Translations under genes and position numbers: made by a program
Part shown: piece after piece, positions 48,067 through 57,794 of the stretch
Numbering within the stretch: position 1 is the first letter of the stretch
How the letters are laid out: every line of letters starts with the position of its first letter
IMG/VR virus record: IMGVR_UViG_3300009008_000009
Span: 1-64,000 of that record
From: a virus
DNA: 64,000 bases
Reading direction: 5' to 3' (one strand)
The notes under the pieces: generated by a model
The model's input: only the letters and a program-made list of their open reading frames with translations
Told to the model about the DNA's origin: nothing
Database searches by the model: none

Positions 48067-48530
48067 TTACTACCCATGTCTATCGCGTGAAGAATCTTGA
48101 GATCTCGCATAGGACCGTGAAGCACTGCACCCCTATGTATCGCCCAGTCGTACCCGGCTTCCCCGTCCGAGCGGGATTCAAATATGATCCGGTCCGCGCC
48201 TCGGATACCTGAGAACAGCGCACTTGCAACAATCGCTGCTGCGTGGGCCTGCGGGTTAGTGTGAACGTCTGGCCCGGCAAGACCCAGTGTACATCTCAGT
48301 GTCTCTGGCTCGTGGGCCTCAGCTCGTGAACTAAACTTCGCCTCTATAACATCCACGTGTGTAACCTGAGGTATACTACTTATCAACTCGGCTACACGAT
48401 CAATGTCAGCCCACGAGTACCGGGTCGTTACAACTAACCTATCTAATCGAACCTCTTCATAGGACATCAGCGAGTCCTGAGAATCACAGGTGTGTCTCCG
48501 ATCTGGTTCACTTTGTCTGCGGTCGGCCAC
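48063..48530 (-). CDS. Hypothetical protein
   Basis: ORF in operon. Confidence 0.5.
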   Translation of the reverse strand: MADRRQSEPDRRHTCDSQDSLMSYEEVRLDRLVVTTRYSWADIDRVAELISSIPQVTHVDVIEAKFSSRAEAHEPETLRCTLGLAGPDVHTNPQAHAAAIVASALFSGIRGADRIIFESRSDGEAGYDWAIHRGAVLHGPMRDLKILHAIDMGSK

Positions 48531-49216
48531 CCGTAAACGGACAGCGGGTCTCCTTTGAGCAACATGTCATATATCTGAGCAGTCACAAGAACATCGAAGC
48601 GGCAGTACAGAATCACTTCCAGTGCCTTGCGCTTACGCCACGCCTTCGGAGCCTCAGCGCCCCCGGCAAATCCAGATGCCTGCTTACCGATACCGAGCAT
48701 ACCCTGCGCCACGTTGTCGAGCTTTGTCTTGCGACCACGGTACGGATAGTGAAGGTCGTCCAAGTGCTGCTTGATGTCTCGTAGGATATCCACCTGCTTA
48801 GCACGCAGCAGGGTACGGACACACTCCCAGTCTGGCTCGGCCTCGGAAAAGTCGATCTCGTCCTCAAAGATCGCACGAACCTGCTTTGCACCCGGACCGC
48901 CCAAGTTGAACTCTCGGATTACCGACCCGGCTGCAAGCGACGAGTCAAAGCTATGAGAATTGAAACCGACGATACGATTGAACTTGGTAAGGTACTTCAG
49001 CATGGCCACAGTGCCACGGTCTCCAATCCAGTCCCGGAACCCATGCTTGACGTTGAATGTACAAAAAACAGACGAATGCAGCTGCTCCGCCTTTCCAAAC
49101 ATACTGAAGTCTGTGATGGTGTCGACAATCTCCCCGTCAAATACAACTACGTCTTCAGGTAGGTCGGGGGTTTCAATGTCGATCTTCCCATGCTCACCGA
49201 GAACTAACGACCACAT
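48467..49216 (-). CDS. RNase H-like 3'-5' exonuclease (YprB/RNase_H_2-like)
   Basis: DIET, IVGFNSHSFD, KLDNVA, YCRFDV. Confidence 0.75.
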   Translation of the reverse strand: MWSLVLGEHGKIDIETPDLPEDVVVFDGEIVDTITDFSMFGKAEQLHSSVFCTFNVKHGFRDWIGDRGTVAMLKYLTKFNRIVGFNSHSFDSSLAAGSVIREFNLGGPGAKQVRAIFEDEIDFSEAEPDWECVRTLLRAKQVDILRDIKQHLDDLHYPYRGRKTKLDNVAQGMLGIGKQASGFAGGAEAPKAWRKRKALEVILYCRFDVLVTAQIYDMLLKGDPLSVYGWPTADKVNQIGDTPVILRTR

Positions 49217-49280
49217 ACTTGGTGCTCCGAGTCACTGTTAAACTTCATCAGGTCTTCCGCCGTGTTTCCGTCCAAGTACA

Positions 49281-49318
49281 AGTATAGCAACCGGGGACGC
49301 TGAATTCAACGTCCCCGG
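49281..49318 (-). promoter_or_regulatory. Hairpin-embedded promoter TTGAAT-N17-TATACT
   Basis: -35 at 49304-49309 in CCGGGGACG/CGTCCCCGG stem-loop; -10 at 49281-49286. Confidence 0.7.
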
Positions 49319-49365
49319 CCACCTGCGAGCGTCGGGGGCACCCCTGCCCCTTACGCAGGAAATCC

Positions 49366-52300
49366 TTATGCTGCTGTGTCTAATACCGCCAGTTCCTGTA
49401 GGAATCTTGACGGTTGGAACTCTCTGCTCATCCCCGTGCGCCTGCCGCAGCTACTCAGGAATGCCCGCTCCTCGGCCCGGGTTACGGCTACGTACGTCAC
49501 CCTGCGCTCTTCCTCGATACCCTTGTCGCCTTCCATCAGGGAGCGCCAGTGGGGCAGGGTTCCGTCGCTGAGTCCGATTACGAATACGGTCTTGAACTCG
49601 AGCCCCTTACTACGATGGACCGTCAGCAGTGTGATGGCCCTGCGTTCGGTGCTGTCTGACTCCGGCTTGGCTGCGCTGGATGCGTAAATCAGGAATCCGG
49701 TGAGGTCGTCGAAGTCGATCATCTTACCCTGAAGGGTGTCGAGGTTCTCAATCTTCGGGTTCTCTACGCTGCTGGAGAAGTTCTTGGAGATGAACTTGTC
49801 GTATCCGAACATCGACCGGATGTTGGAAATCAGCCTGCTCAGGTCTGGTTTCATCCGGTAGGCATCGAGCAGCTGCTTGAGCTTGCTGGCAAACTGCTGG
49901 GCGTTCCGGCTCATGTAGCTCTTGCTGTATCCTCCGCGCCTGAGCGCCTCGTAAGGGTCTTCACCGTTCTTCACCCGGCGTGCCCACTCCTGTGTAAAGG
50001 CTCGGCCCAGATACCGGTTCGGGCGGTTGATTATCCGTTCGAATGCGCCGTAGTCGGTTTCGAATCCCCACTTGGTCTTGAGCAGTCTGGTTACCGCTTC
50101 CTGTGTGGTGTCGTTCTCGGTGTCAATCCAGTCGATGACCGCCATGTAGGCAACCATGTCCTTTATCTCTTCGCGCCCGTAGAAGCCGGTGGAACCGAGG
50201 ATTACGTAGGGCAGGCCCTTACGTATCAATGCGTCCTCAATGGCTGCGCTCTGGGCGTTCGTGCGGTAAAGTACCGCAAAGTCCCCGGGGCTCGCTCCGC
50301 CTTCAATCTCGTCGCGCATGATGCCGGTTACCTCGTCCGCTTCCATGACATCGTCAGGGTAGTGGGCAAGGAACTCTACTCCGCCTGTGGCTGCGTTGTT
50401 GGCGACACAATCCGGTGCGTCGAATGCTGCGTGCTGAATGATACTGTTGCCTGCTTCTACTACTTGCGAGCTCGACCGGTAGTTGCGGCTCATGTAGAGC
50501 ACCTTCCCATTGGGAAAGTGGTCGGGGAAGTTAATCGTCAGGTCGACCTGTGCTCCCCGGAATCCGTAGATGCTGTTGTGAACGACAACGTCGTTTGCAA
50601 AGTAAAGATGTGTTTGGTCCACCTCAAGATCATAAACATCAACTTCACCAGTAATAACCTCAATATCAACAATCTCGTCCGGAACAATCGTGTAGTTCAC
50701 CCTGTTGTATGGAGGTCTTTTAGCCTTAAGTGGTTCATCCAGTTTAATAGCTCGGAACAAACGAAACCCACGGTGAAGACCTCGGGCAGGAACTACAATT
50801 ACTTGACGGTGACTTTTCATGTGAGGAATATGAACGTTCTCCTGAACGCAACCACCACATTCTTCTGCGAGTTTTCGAGCGTACTGTTGAGCTGAAGAGT
50901 AAGATGCAAAACTCCTCCGAGTCTGACTCCCATCAACATCAAGAACAACCCCGTGTAAAATAGAGGAACGATCTATGTACTTACGAGCACGTTTACTTTT
51001 TAGGTCAGTATGAAGTTTAACGGAGTCATTGAGATTTAGATAAACCACAGGAAGTCGTCCGGGATCGAACTCACTTACTTGTCTTTTTGCACCGTTGTTA
51101 GACACTGGAACGTTGTCAACGTCGTTAAGTTCAGGAAAGTCGGAGAGCATCCGGGAAACACCACTCAAATGATGATCACCGAGCTTTCCATAAAGTTCGT
51201 ACAAAGTCTCTTCAGATATTACTTCACCACCATGTCGATGATAAGTCTGAGTGGGAATACAGTACACTAATGAAATCCAAGACTCAAACAGAAGGGCATC
51301 TCTTTTGGTCTTGAATGACCTAAGAATCTTCATATGGTCAGGGCGCTCTCCTGTTCTCCGAGACCAAATGTTCTTTGTAACCCCAACTCTCCACCCGAAA
51401 TTTCCCTTTTTCATGACGTAGACATAGTACCATTCAGCAGGATTATTGTATCCAACAATCACAGAATGAACAGGTATTCGATGTTCCGGGGTTGTCAAAA
51501 ACTCAGTCCCCGAAGCTAGTTTTATTTTCAGAAGAGTTTCTTTCTTAGTTTTGTAAACTTCATTCACAAAAGACTTTGTGACGCCAAGTTTGCGAACTGG
51601 TGTAGCAACACTGTCCCCCTTCACAATAGTCTCAATCGCCTTCGCAGTCCCGTCCCCCATCCGAACCATTGTACCAGCAGGAAAACATTGTCGATGATCT
51701 CCGACCGCAAAAAGGTTACCGTGAGTCTCGGCGAGGTTCGCGACAATCTTGGCCTGTAGGGTGTCGGTGTCTTGGAACTCGTCTACCATTACCCACTGAA
51801 AGCGCTTCGACCACTTCCGGGCAATGGCTGGCTTGTCCCTGAACATCTTATAGGTCAGCACAATCATGTCGTTGAAGTCGATGAACTTTCCGCGTGAGTC
51901 GCCGCGCTTCTTGGCCTTGATGTACTCTCCCCAGATCTGGTAAGTCAGGGCGTCTCGGGGTGTTGAGTCCTCACCGTAGAAAAGCTCCACCGCTGTTTCG
52001 TAAGTGTAGCCTGCACTGACAGCGCTGGAAATCTGGCCGAGGTAAAGCAGAGGCTCCCATGCATCCGACTCTTCGTCGTATCCGAGCTTCTTCAAGATCT
52101 CCTCGATCATGCGCCGGGCCTTGAAGTCGTCCAAGGTCTGAATGCGTGGTGCGTAATCGGGATCGTAGCTAATCAGGTCTTCGCGCAGCACCCGATAGCA
52201 GAAGGAGTGCATGGTGCTGATCCAAGGTTTGTTCGGTTCGAACTTACCAATCTCGATACCGAGCTGCTGACCGAGGCGGTTCTTCATCTCGTCAGCTGCC

Positions 52301-52506
52301 TTATTGGTAAAGGTAAAGGCAAGAATCTCGCCCTGTGGAATACCTGTGTCTTGGATGAGATGAACAATCTTAGAGGTGAGCACGCGGGTCTTACCCGACC
52401 CGGCTGCTGCTACCAGTAAGGTTGTCCCGGTGGACTTTACTGCTGCCATCTGATCCGCGTCAAGGTCGACCGCAGCGGCTGGGTCGGTTTGGCGGGTAAG
52501 TTTCAT
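49366..52506 (-). CDS. UvrD/PcrA superfamily 1 helicase with intein
   Basis: AAAGSGKT, TFTNKAA, VDEFQD, VGDHRQ|SIYGFRG, NYRS, LYRTN, TVHRSKGLEF, EERR..YVAVTRA. Confidence 0.93.
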   Translation of the reverse strand: MKLTRQTDPAAAVDLDADQMAAVKSTGTTLLVAAAGSGKTRVLTSKIVHLIQDTGIPQGEILAFTFTNKAADEMKNRLGQQLGIEIGKFEPNKPWISTMHSFCYRVLREDLISYDPDYAPRIQTLDDFKARRMIEEILKKLGYDEESDAWEPLLYLGQISSAVSAGYTYETAVELFYGEDSTPRDALTYQIWGEYIKAKKRGDSRGKFIDFNDMIVLTYKMFRDKPAIARKWSKRFQWVMVDEFQDTDTLQAKIVANLAETHGNLFAVGDHRQCFPAGTMVRMGDGTAKAIETIVKGDSVATPVRKLGVTKSFVNEVYKTKKETLLKIKLASGTEFLTTPEHRIPVHSVIVGYNNPAEWYYVYVMKKGNFGWRVGVTKNIWSRRTGERPDHMKILRSFKTKRDALLFESWISLVYCIPTQTYHRHGGEVISEETLYELYGKLGDHHLSGVSRMLSDFPELNDVDNVPVSNNGAKRQVSEFDPGRLPVVYLNLNDSVKLHTDLKSKRARKYIDRSSILHGVVLDVDGSQTRRSFASYSSAQQYARKLAEECGGCVQENVHIPHMKSHRQVIVVPARGLHRGFRLFRAIKLDEPLKAKRPPYNRVNYTIVPDEIVDIEVITGEVDVYDLEVDQTHLYFANDVVVHNSIYGFRGAQVDLTINFPDHFPNGKVLYMSRNYRSSSQVVEAGNSIIQHAAFDAPDCVANNAATGGVEFLAHYPDDVMEADEVTGIMRDEIEGGASPGDFAVLYRTNAQSAAIEDALIRKGLPYVILGSTGFYGREEIKDMVAYMAVIDWIDTENDTTQEAVTRLLKTKWGFETDYGAFERIINRPNRYLGRAFTQEWARRVKNGEDPYEALRRGGYSKSYMSRNAQQFASKLKQLLDAYRMKPDLSRLISNIRSMFGYDKFISKNFSSSVENPKIENLDTLQGKMIDFDDLTGFLIYASSAAKPESDSTERRAITLLTVHRSKGLEFKTVFVIGLSDGTLPHWRSLMEGDKGIEEERRVTYVAVTRAEERAFLSSCGRRTGMSREFQPSRFLQELAVLDTAA
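50575..51687 (-). mobile_element. Intein (about 371 aa) in helicase motif III with a GIY-YIG-like insert
   Basis: HRQ|CFPAGT ... TTPEH ... VVVHN|SIY; YYVYVM..WRVGVT..R..A..E. Confidence 0.88.
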
Positions 52507-52549
52507 CGGTTCCTCCGCGTGGATGTAGGGGTGCGTTCTCTCTAACGCT

Positions 52550-52587
52550 CACATGTACATTATAAGAAATATACGAGACAATTGCAA
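52550..52587 (-). promoter_or_regulatory. Promoter TTGCAA-N17-TATAATGTACATGTG
   Basis: -35 at 52582-52587, -10 at 52559-52564; same downstream motif as the early promoters. Confidence 0.8.
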
Positions 52588-52613
52588 GTCTTATACAAGT
52601 TAGCTCTTGCTCT

Positions 52614-53690
52614 CTACCACGTGTCTCCATCAATAAGTCGCTCGTAAACCTTCATGACTTCTTCAACGTAAGCCTTAGCTGTGTAGCGGTCTCGGGCGTG
52701 AGCTCGCATCGCACGTCGGTTGCTATCACTACCGTGCAAGTCAATGTCAGCTAAGGTATCCACAAACCCCTCAACGATGGCACCCTTTGTGTAACCATCA
52801 ACATCAATAAGAGACCCAAGTGGTGTGTCTGGCTGCCCAGTTTCGTACGGGTCAATGAGCTCAGGAACTCCGCCGACACGCGTAGCTATAGGATAACAGC
52901 CGAGGGTCTGCGCTTCCTTGACCACCCCCGGTGACGCATCCATCCCAATCGAAGTGAATAAAAATGCTGCACAAGTTTGATATGCTCGCCACTTTGATTC
53001 GGAGTAGGCACCAAGTGGACCCATATACTTGACCATCTCCGTATCTCTAGCGTAGGTCTTGTGCCAGTAAGTATGATCGGAAATGTGACCATAAATGTGA
53101 ATCTTGAGTCCAATATCCTCGGCCACAGTCATTGCAATGTCTGGCCGCTTAAGCTCCCAGATACCAGCAAGCCACATCAACGTGTCCGGAGATCGTTCAA
53201 TTTCCGGGTAGACATCCTGCAAGTCTGCTGGGTCCGTCCCAAAGGGTGGAGTTAGAACTGGTGCCCGTTCATCCCACTCAGAATGGGCACGTGCGCCCTT
53301 GGAACAAAAGGCTACGTTTGTCATCCCCGGTTGTAGGTACTTACGCTCAGCGTCGCCGTGTGATTGCGCTAGGTATGGAATGTCAAAGTCAAGGATGATG
53401 TCCCGTAGTCCAAGGAAGGCAGAGTGGTCATGGACAAAGTCAACGTCCTGATCCTTGAGTAGGTCTCGAAGAGTCGAAGCCATAGCAAGCTCCGCACCAA
53501 TCCCCCACCCAGAAGGAAACTCGTACGAACGGATAATCGGTGGAAGTTGTGACCCAGACCGACAGAACACGATGACCTCGTGGCCTGCCTTGGTGAGCTC
53601 TACCGCCTCCTGAGCAACGACCTGCTCAACCCCACCCCATGTGTCTGGTGGAGTTTTGAGTAGTAATCGTGATATCAGCAGTACTTTCAT
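52614..53690 (-). CDS. Glycosyltransferase family 4
   Basis: PP..WGGVEQ, GHEV, KRPD, EAQTLG.PIATRVGGVPE. Confidence 0.85.
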   Translation of the reverse strand: MKVLLISRLLLKTPPDTWGGVEQVVAQEAVELTKAGHEVIVFCRSGSQLPPIIRSYEFPSGWGIGAELAMASTLRDLLKDQDVDFVHDHSAFLGLRDIILDFDIPYLAQSHGDAERKYLQPGMTNVAFCSKGARAHSEWDERAPVLTPPFGTDPADLQDVYPEIERSPDTLMWLAGIWELKRPDIAMTVAEDIGLKIHIYGHISDHTYWHKTYARDTEMVKYMGPLGAYSESKWRAYQTCAAFLFTSIGMDASPGVVKEAQTLGCYPIATRVGGVPELIDPYETGQPDTPLGSLIDVDGYTKGAIVEGFVDTLADIDLHGSDSNRRAMRAHARDRYTAKAYVEEVMKVYERLIDGDTW

Positions 53691-53693
53691 AGG

Positions 53694-54422
53694 TTAGTCC
53701 GCGAATACTGGTTTACGTTCCACAGTCTCATCTGGGTCTTCCCACGGGACGTCCTGACCAACCCAGCGCTGCACAATTCGACGGTGGTTCTCTCGCTGTA
53801 GCTCGTGCATGAACGGTCCGGGGGGCTTGGCAGAGTTATGAGTTGCCACGGACCCATCACAGCACTTCATACGAATCCCCAGCATCTTCATGTTGAGCTG
53901 AAGGTCAGTTTCCTCATGCCAGTGCAGCCCGAAGTCGGTGTCGTAAGACAACCCACGATTCGGGAACGCCCAGCAATACCCCATCAGCAGATCACAGTAC
54001 TCGCCGGGATTTGCACGGAGCCGTGCGATGGGTTCGTGAAGGTCGTGGAAGGCAAAGTGCCCCATCGGACCGACTGCGGTATTTGCATCCAAGTGCTCGT
54101 TGAGCACAGGTAGGAGATTGTCACTAACAACTACGTCGTCGTCCACCTGAACAACGTAGGCACCGTTCGCAATCTCAAATCCGTAGTTCCGAGCAACCAC
54201 GCCTTCATTCTTTTCCAGCTTGATATAAGCCATGGCCGCGTCTGCGCCGTGAACGTATCCCTTCACAAACTCCAGCGTCCGAGGGTCAACCCCACCGTTG
54301 TCAACTACAATAACCTCGGATACTCCGTCCCCCTTGCGGATTGCATTGGCAACGGACATGACACACTTGGAAAAGTGTTCTGGTCGGTTGTAGGTAAGAA
54401 TCACAAAAGAGTACTTCACCAT
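53694..54422 (-). CDS. Glycosyltransferase family 2
   Basis: SFVILTYNR, VVDNG, ARNYG, VDDD. Confidence 0.85.
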   Translation of the reverse strand: MVKYSFVILTYNRPEHFSKCVMSVANAIRKGDGVSEVIVVDNGGVDPRTLEFVKGYVHGADAAMAYIKLEKNEGVVARNYGFEIANGAYVVQVDDDVVVSDNLLPVLNEHLDANTAVGPMGHFAFHDLHEPIARLRANPGEYCDLLMGYCWAFPNRGLSYDTDFGLHWHEETDLQLNMKMLGIRMKCCDGSVATHNSAKPPGPFMHELQRENHRRIVQRWVGQDVPWEDPDETVERKPVFAD

Positions 54423-54423
54423 G

Positions 54424-55206
54424 TTAATTCCCTCCGAAGTACTGAGCGTGAATGTTCTGCGCTGAGCTCAAAAGACGGTCGGTGTCGGTATTGGCAAGTT
54501 GACCGTCGTGATATCTGTACAGGTATAGTGTTTCCCATGTGTTGGCGAACTTCCATCCGGTCTTCGTTACAATCTCACACCAGAGTGCGTAGTCCTCAGC
54601 GGCGTGCTGAACCGGATACAGGCTACCAAGGTCAAGGAACACCTGCATACGCATCATCACTGTCGGATGAGCAAAGCATGGTCGACCTACTTGAAGACGC
54701 TCTTGCACCAATCGGTCGTGCTCGTATGGCTCACGGACCAGTTCACGTGGCTCCCTGTCCGGCCCGATAGCTTTCCACGAAGTACCAACCACACCGACCT
54801 TTGGATTGTCCAGTAAAAACTGGAGTTGCTTTTGAAACCGGTCGGGCATGGATAAGTCGTCGGCGTCCATCCGAGCAACAAACTCAAACTGGAGTGTGTC
54901 TGCTAAGGTGAGTCCGTCGTTCAAGAGATAGGCAACCCGGGAGTGAGAGTCGGGAACATCCTCAGGAACACGTCCAAGCGCTAGACTTGTATTAACGAAT
55001 GGCGTCTTGGCCTCGGCATCTTCCGACAGATTCCACTTGAAGATTGAGTCCTTGTGATCGTTCGACATCGCAGGATCAAGTACCATGATAAGCAGCACCT
55101 GAACATCTCCGCGCTCGTCAAGCTCGCTGTCGAGAACTGACTTCGCTGCCTGCCTGAAGTAGTCGTCGTCCTGCTTTACCGGCATAATTACGGCAATGCG
55201 ATACAT
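54424..55206 (-). CDS. Glycosyltransferase family 2
   Basis: VIMPV, ARMDADD, HPTVM, AEDY. Confidence 0.85.
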   Translation of the reverse strand: MYRIAVIMPVKQDDDYFRQAAKSVLDSELDERGDVQVLLIMVLDPAMSNDHKDSIFKWNLSEDAEAKTPFVNTSLALGRVPEDVPDSHSRVAYLLNDGLTLADTLQFEFVARMDADDLSMPDRFQKQLQFLLDNPKVGVVGTSWKAIGPDREPRELVREPYEHDRLVQERLQVGRPCFAHPTVMMRMQVFLDLGSLYPVQHAAEDYALWCEIVTKTGWKFANTWETLYLYRYHDGQLANTDTDRLLSSAQNIHAQYFGGN

Positions 55207-56069
55207 CGTTTAACTCCGGTCATAACCATATCAACAGAAACAGAATCAAGACACTTCGGGGGGTCAAGATTCAACGGGCAGTTCGCCGCCTGATCATCAA
55301 ACTTGCGAATTTCACATTCATTGCATACCCCAGATGAAACAGGGTGGCTAAGTAAGTTGTGATGGGCGTACACCCGGGCGGGTACAACTGAAAAAATAAC
55401 TACAGCGGGTACGAGGTGGCTGGCAGCCACGTGAGCCCCAGCAGAGTCATTACCAATAAACAGACTAGATACAGAAATCAGAGTGGCTGCCTGCCTCCAC
55501 GTTGTCTCACCTCGGTAGTCTACAAAGCGAGGATCGTCAATACGTATTTGAGGTGAGTCAGAAGTACCAATCTGTACCACCCACAGCGGAGTGGAGCTCA
55601 AAAGCTCAAGAGCAACCTGCCGGAAACGGTCGACATCCCACTCACGAGTGCGCCATCCAGCTCCAGTGTCTATGGTAACATAACCGCCCTTGATCATGGA
55701 GTGTCCGGCATAATTGTAGGCTGGAGAACAAATCTTGGATGGAAATTCGTCTGCAAGTCCCAGACAAAGAACAGGAACCCTGTCCGCAAGAACGTCTGGT
55801 TCCAAGGTTACACCAGCCTGACCTGCAAAGTGATCTACAATGTGCTGGTCATAGCGCACGGCACCGAAGGGTGGATGTAGTATCTTTTCACCACCCCCAA
55901 CGTCACCATCACGAACATATGGGTTGTACTTCCATACGTCAGGAAATCGAGTGGACTCATTCTGCCACTCGATCTTGATCTCTTCATTAGGGTTCTGAAT
56001 TGCGTACCGTCGAACGGCAGGGGTCATACAAAGCTGGTCTCCACGCCCGCCCCGCACCTTGAAAATCAT
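55188..56069 (-). CDS. Glycosyltransferase family 9 (heptosyltransferase-like)
   Basis: GGRGD, REW, FIGNDSAGAHVAA. Confidence 0.8.
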   Translation of the reverse strand: MIFKVRGGRGDQLCMTPAVRRYAIQNPNEEIKIEWQNESTRFPDVWKYNPYVRDGDVGGGEKILHPPFGAVRYDQHIVDHFAGQAGVTLEPDVLADRVPVLCLGLADEFPSKICSPAYNYAGHSMIKGGYVTIDTGAGWRTREWDVDRFRQVALELLSSTPLWVVQIGTSDSPQIRIDDPRFVDYRGETTWRQAATLISVSSLFIGNDSAGAHVAASHLVPAVVIFSVVPARVYAHHNLLSHPVSSGVCNECEIRKFDDQAANCPLNLDPPKCLDSVSVDMVMTGVKRCIALP

Positions 56070-56857
56070 GACTCAGTCTCCCGCTTTTTCAGCTTCAGCG
56101 GCTTCTTCTTTTTCAGCTTCATCGGTTCCTTGACTGGCTGCTCCTTGAACATGTCTGGCCACAACTTCGGTCCCCACTTGAAGTAAGCCCGGTCCTTACT
56201 GGCCTTCTGAGTTTCAGCGTGCTCCGTGGATACCTGACTCGGGTGCATCCTATACAGGTTCAAGGGTGCCGGGATGTTGGCGAATCGCATGTCAGTGGTT
56301 GCCAAAATGCGAAGCCACATCTCGATGTCCTCGGCGTGTCTGAAGTCGGTGTCATACCCCCCGGCCTCCTTGACCTTGTCGGTCCTGAACATCACTGTCG
56401 GATGACCAAGAGCTGTGTAAGTCTTGAACCCTTCGACAATTGCATCGTGGTCTGTCGGGAATTGGACGCCTCCAGACGATCTGCTGTTCTCGTCGATGTA
56501 GTCAAAGTTCGTGCCTACAACGTCGATGTCCGGATTCTTCTGTAGGAACTCGAGCTGGGCCTCAAGTCTGCTCGGGTGCATAACATCGTCAGCATCGAAG
56601 CGGGCGGCAAACTCAGTGCTACAGTGCTCAAGCATTGTATTGAGCGCCGCGATGAGACCTTGGTTCTGTTTTCGACGAAGAATAGTGGTGCGGTCGTCCA
56701 TCATATCACGGAGAATGGTCTCGGAGTTGTCCGTGCAGCCGTCCAGCAGTGCAATAAGATGAAAGTCGGACATGCTCTGCATCTGAATACCCTGCAACGC
56801 CTCAGTCAGATACTTCTCGGCGTTGTAAATGGGCAGGAGGATTGATACCTGTGCCAT
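56066..56857 (-). CDS. Glycosyltransferase family 2
   Basis: SILLPIYN, DGCTD, ARFDADD, AED. Confidence 0.88.
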   Translation of the reverse strand: MAQVSILLPIYNAEKYLTEALQGIQMQSMSDFHLIALLDGCTDNSETILRDMMDDRTTILRRKQNQGLIAALNTMLEHCSTEFAARFDADDVMHPSRLEAQLEFLQKNPDIDVVGTNFDYIDENSRSSGGVQFPTDHDAIVEGFKTYTALGHPTVMFRTDKVKEAGGYDTDFRHAEDIEMWLRILATTDMRFANIPAPLNLYRMHPSQVSTEHAETQKASKDRAYFKWGPKLWPDMFKEQPVKEPMKLKKKKPLKLKKRETES

Positions 56858-57789
56858 TACACCATCTCCTTGAGTTTCGGCACCACTTCTTGGAACCTGT
56901 GAATGTACTGGTGTTCCCGAATCACCCGGGCACGGGCAGCTATTGCGATCTGGCTCCGCAGTTCTTCGTTGTCCACCAGCATCTCTATCTTCTCACGAAG
57001 GTCGTTCTGGTCTGTAAATGTCTCGCACTCCACCCCCGGCTCAAACATATCACTGATTCTCGGGTTGTCTGAGATGGGGACGGCCCCCGATGCGGCGGCT
57101 TCGAAGTCCCGGAACTTAAACTGGTGTCCGTCGCCGTGAGACGCCTTGCTGGGAGAAATGACAGTCTTCGCTGCTGACATGTGAGCGGTGTACTCCACCC
57201 ACTTGAGGTACAGCCCGTTTATACCCGCGACAAAGGCTTGGTCTAACCCACCAGTTGCATTGTTGATCAGCGATGGGCGATTACCGTGGCCGGTCCCGGA
57301 GAACATTGTTGAATACAGTTTATTACCAGCCACAGAAAACCAGCTCGGACAAATCGCTCGGGGACAGTAAACTACGTCCTCAAACGCAATCTCCTCATAC
57401 CGGGCTGGTCCTTCGGGTGAGTCGGTCACAACCGCGTCAAAGAGCCAGCACATCGAGGAATAGTCAGTTTCAAACCGCCAGTCATCGTTGAACACCCACA
57501 TCACCGTAGGAATACGTGGACGAGACTTCCACGTCTCTTCCGTTATCTCGTGACCGGCAAGGGGGAAATAGATGATCATTGAGTACTTATGTGCCCGAAA
57601 GGCAGTGCGAAGCAGCTCGTTCGCAATCTGGTCCCCGTACTTCCTCCCCATTCTAGTGTAGTCGAACACATCCAAGTCCACCCCATTAGTCTGAAGTGAA
57701 TGGATAAAGTGAACGTACTCCACAGAGAGATGAACAATGTCACCTTCGTAAAGATGAACTGGAGCAACCACGAGATACTTAGCGTCCAT
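56857..57789 (-). CDS. CgeB-like glycosyltransferase
   Basis: DDWRF, FSGT.H.NR, RDFEAAASG, REHQYIHR. Confidence 0.8.
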   Translation of the reverse strand: MDAKYLVVAPVHLYEGDIVHLSVEYVHFIHSLQTNGVDLDVFDYTRMGRKYGDQIANELLRTAFRAHKYSMIIYFPLAGHEITEETWKSRPRIPTVMWVFNDDWRFETDYSSMCWLFDAVVTDSPEGPARYEEIAFEDVVYCPRAICPSWFSVAGNKLYSTMFSGTGHGNRPSLINNATGGLDQAFVAGINGLYLKWVEYTAHMSAAKTVISPSKASHGDGHQFKFRDFEAAASGAVPISDNPRISDMFEPGVECETFTDQNDLREKIEMLVDNEELRSQIAIAARARVIREHQYIHRFQEVVPKLKEMV

Positions 57790-57794
57790 GGGCC

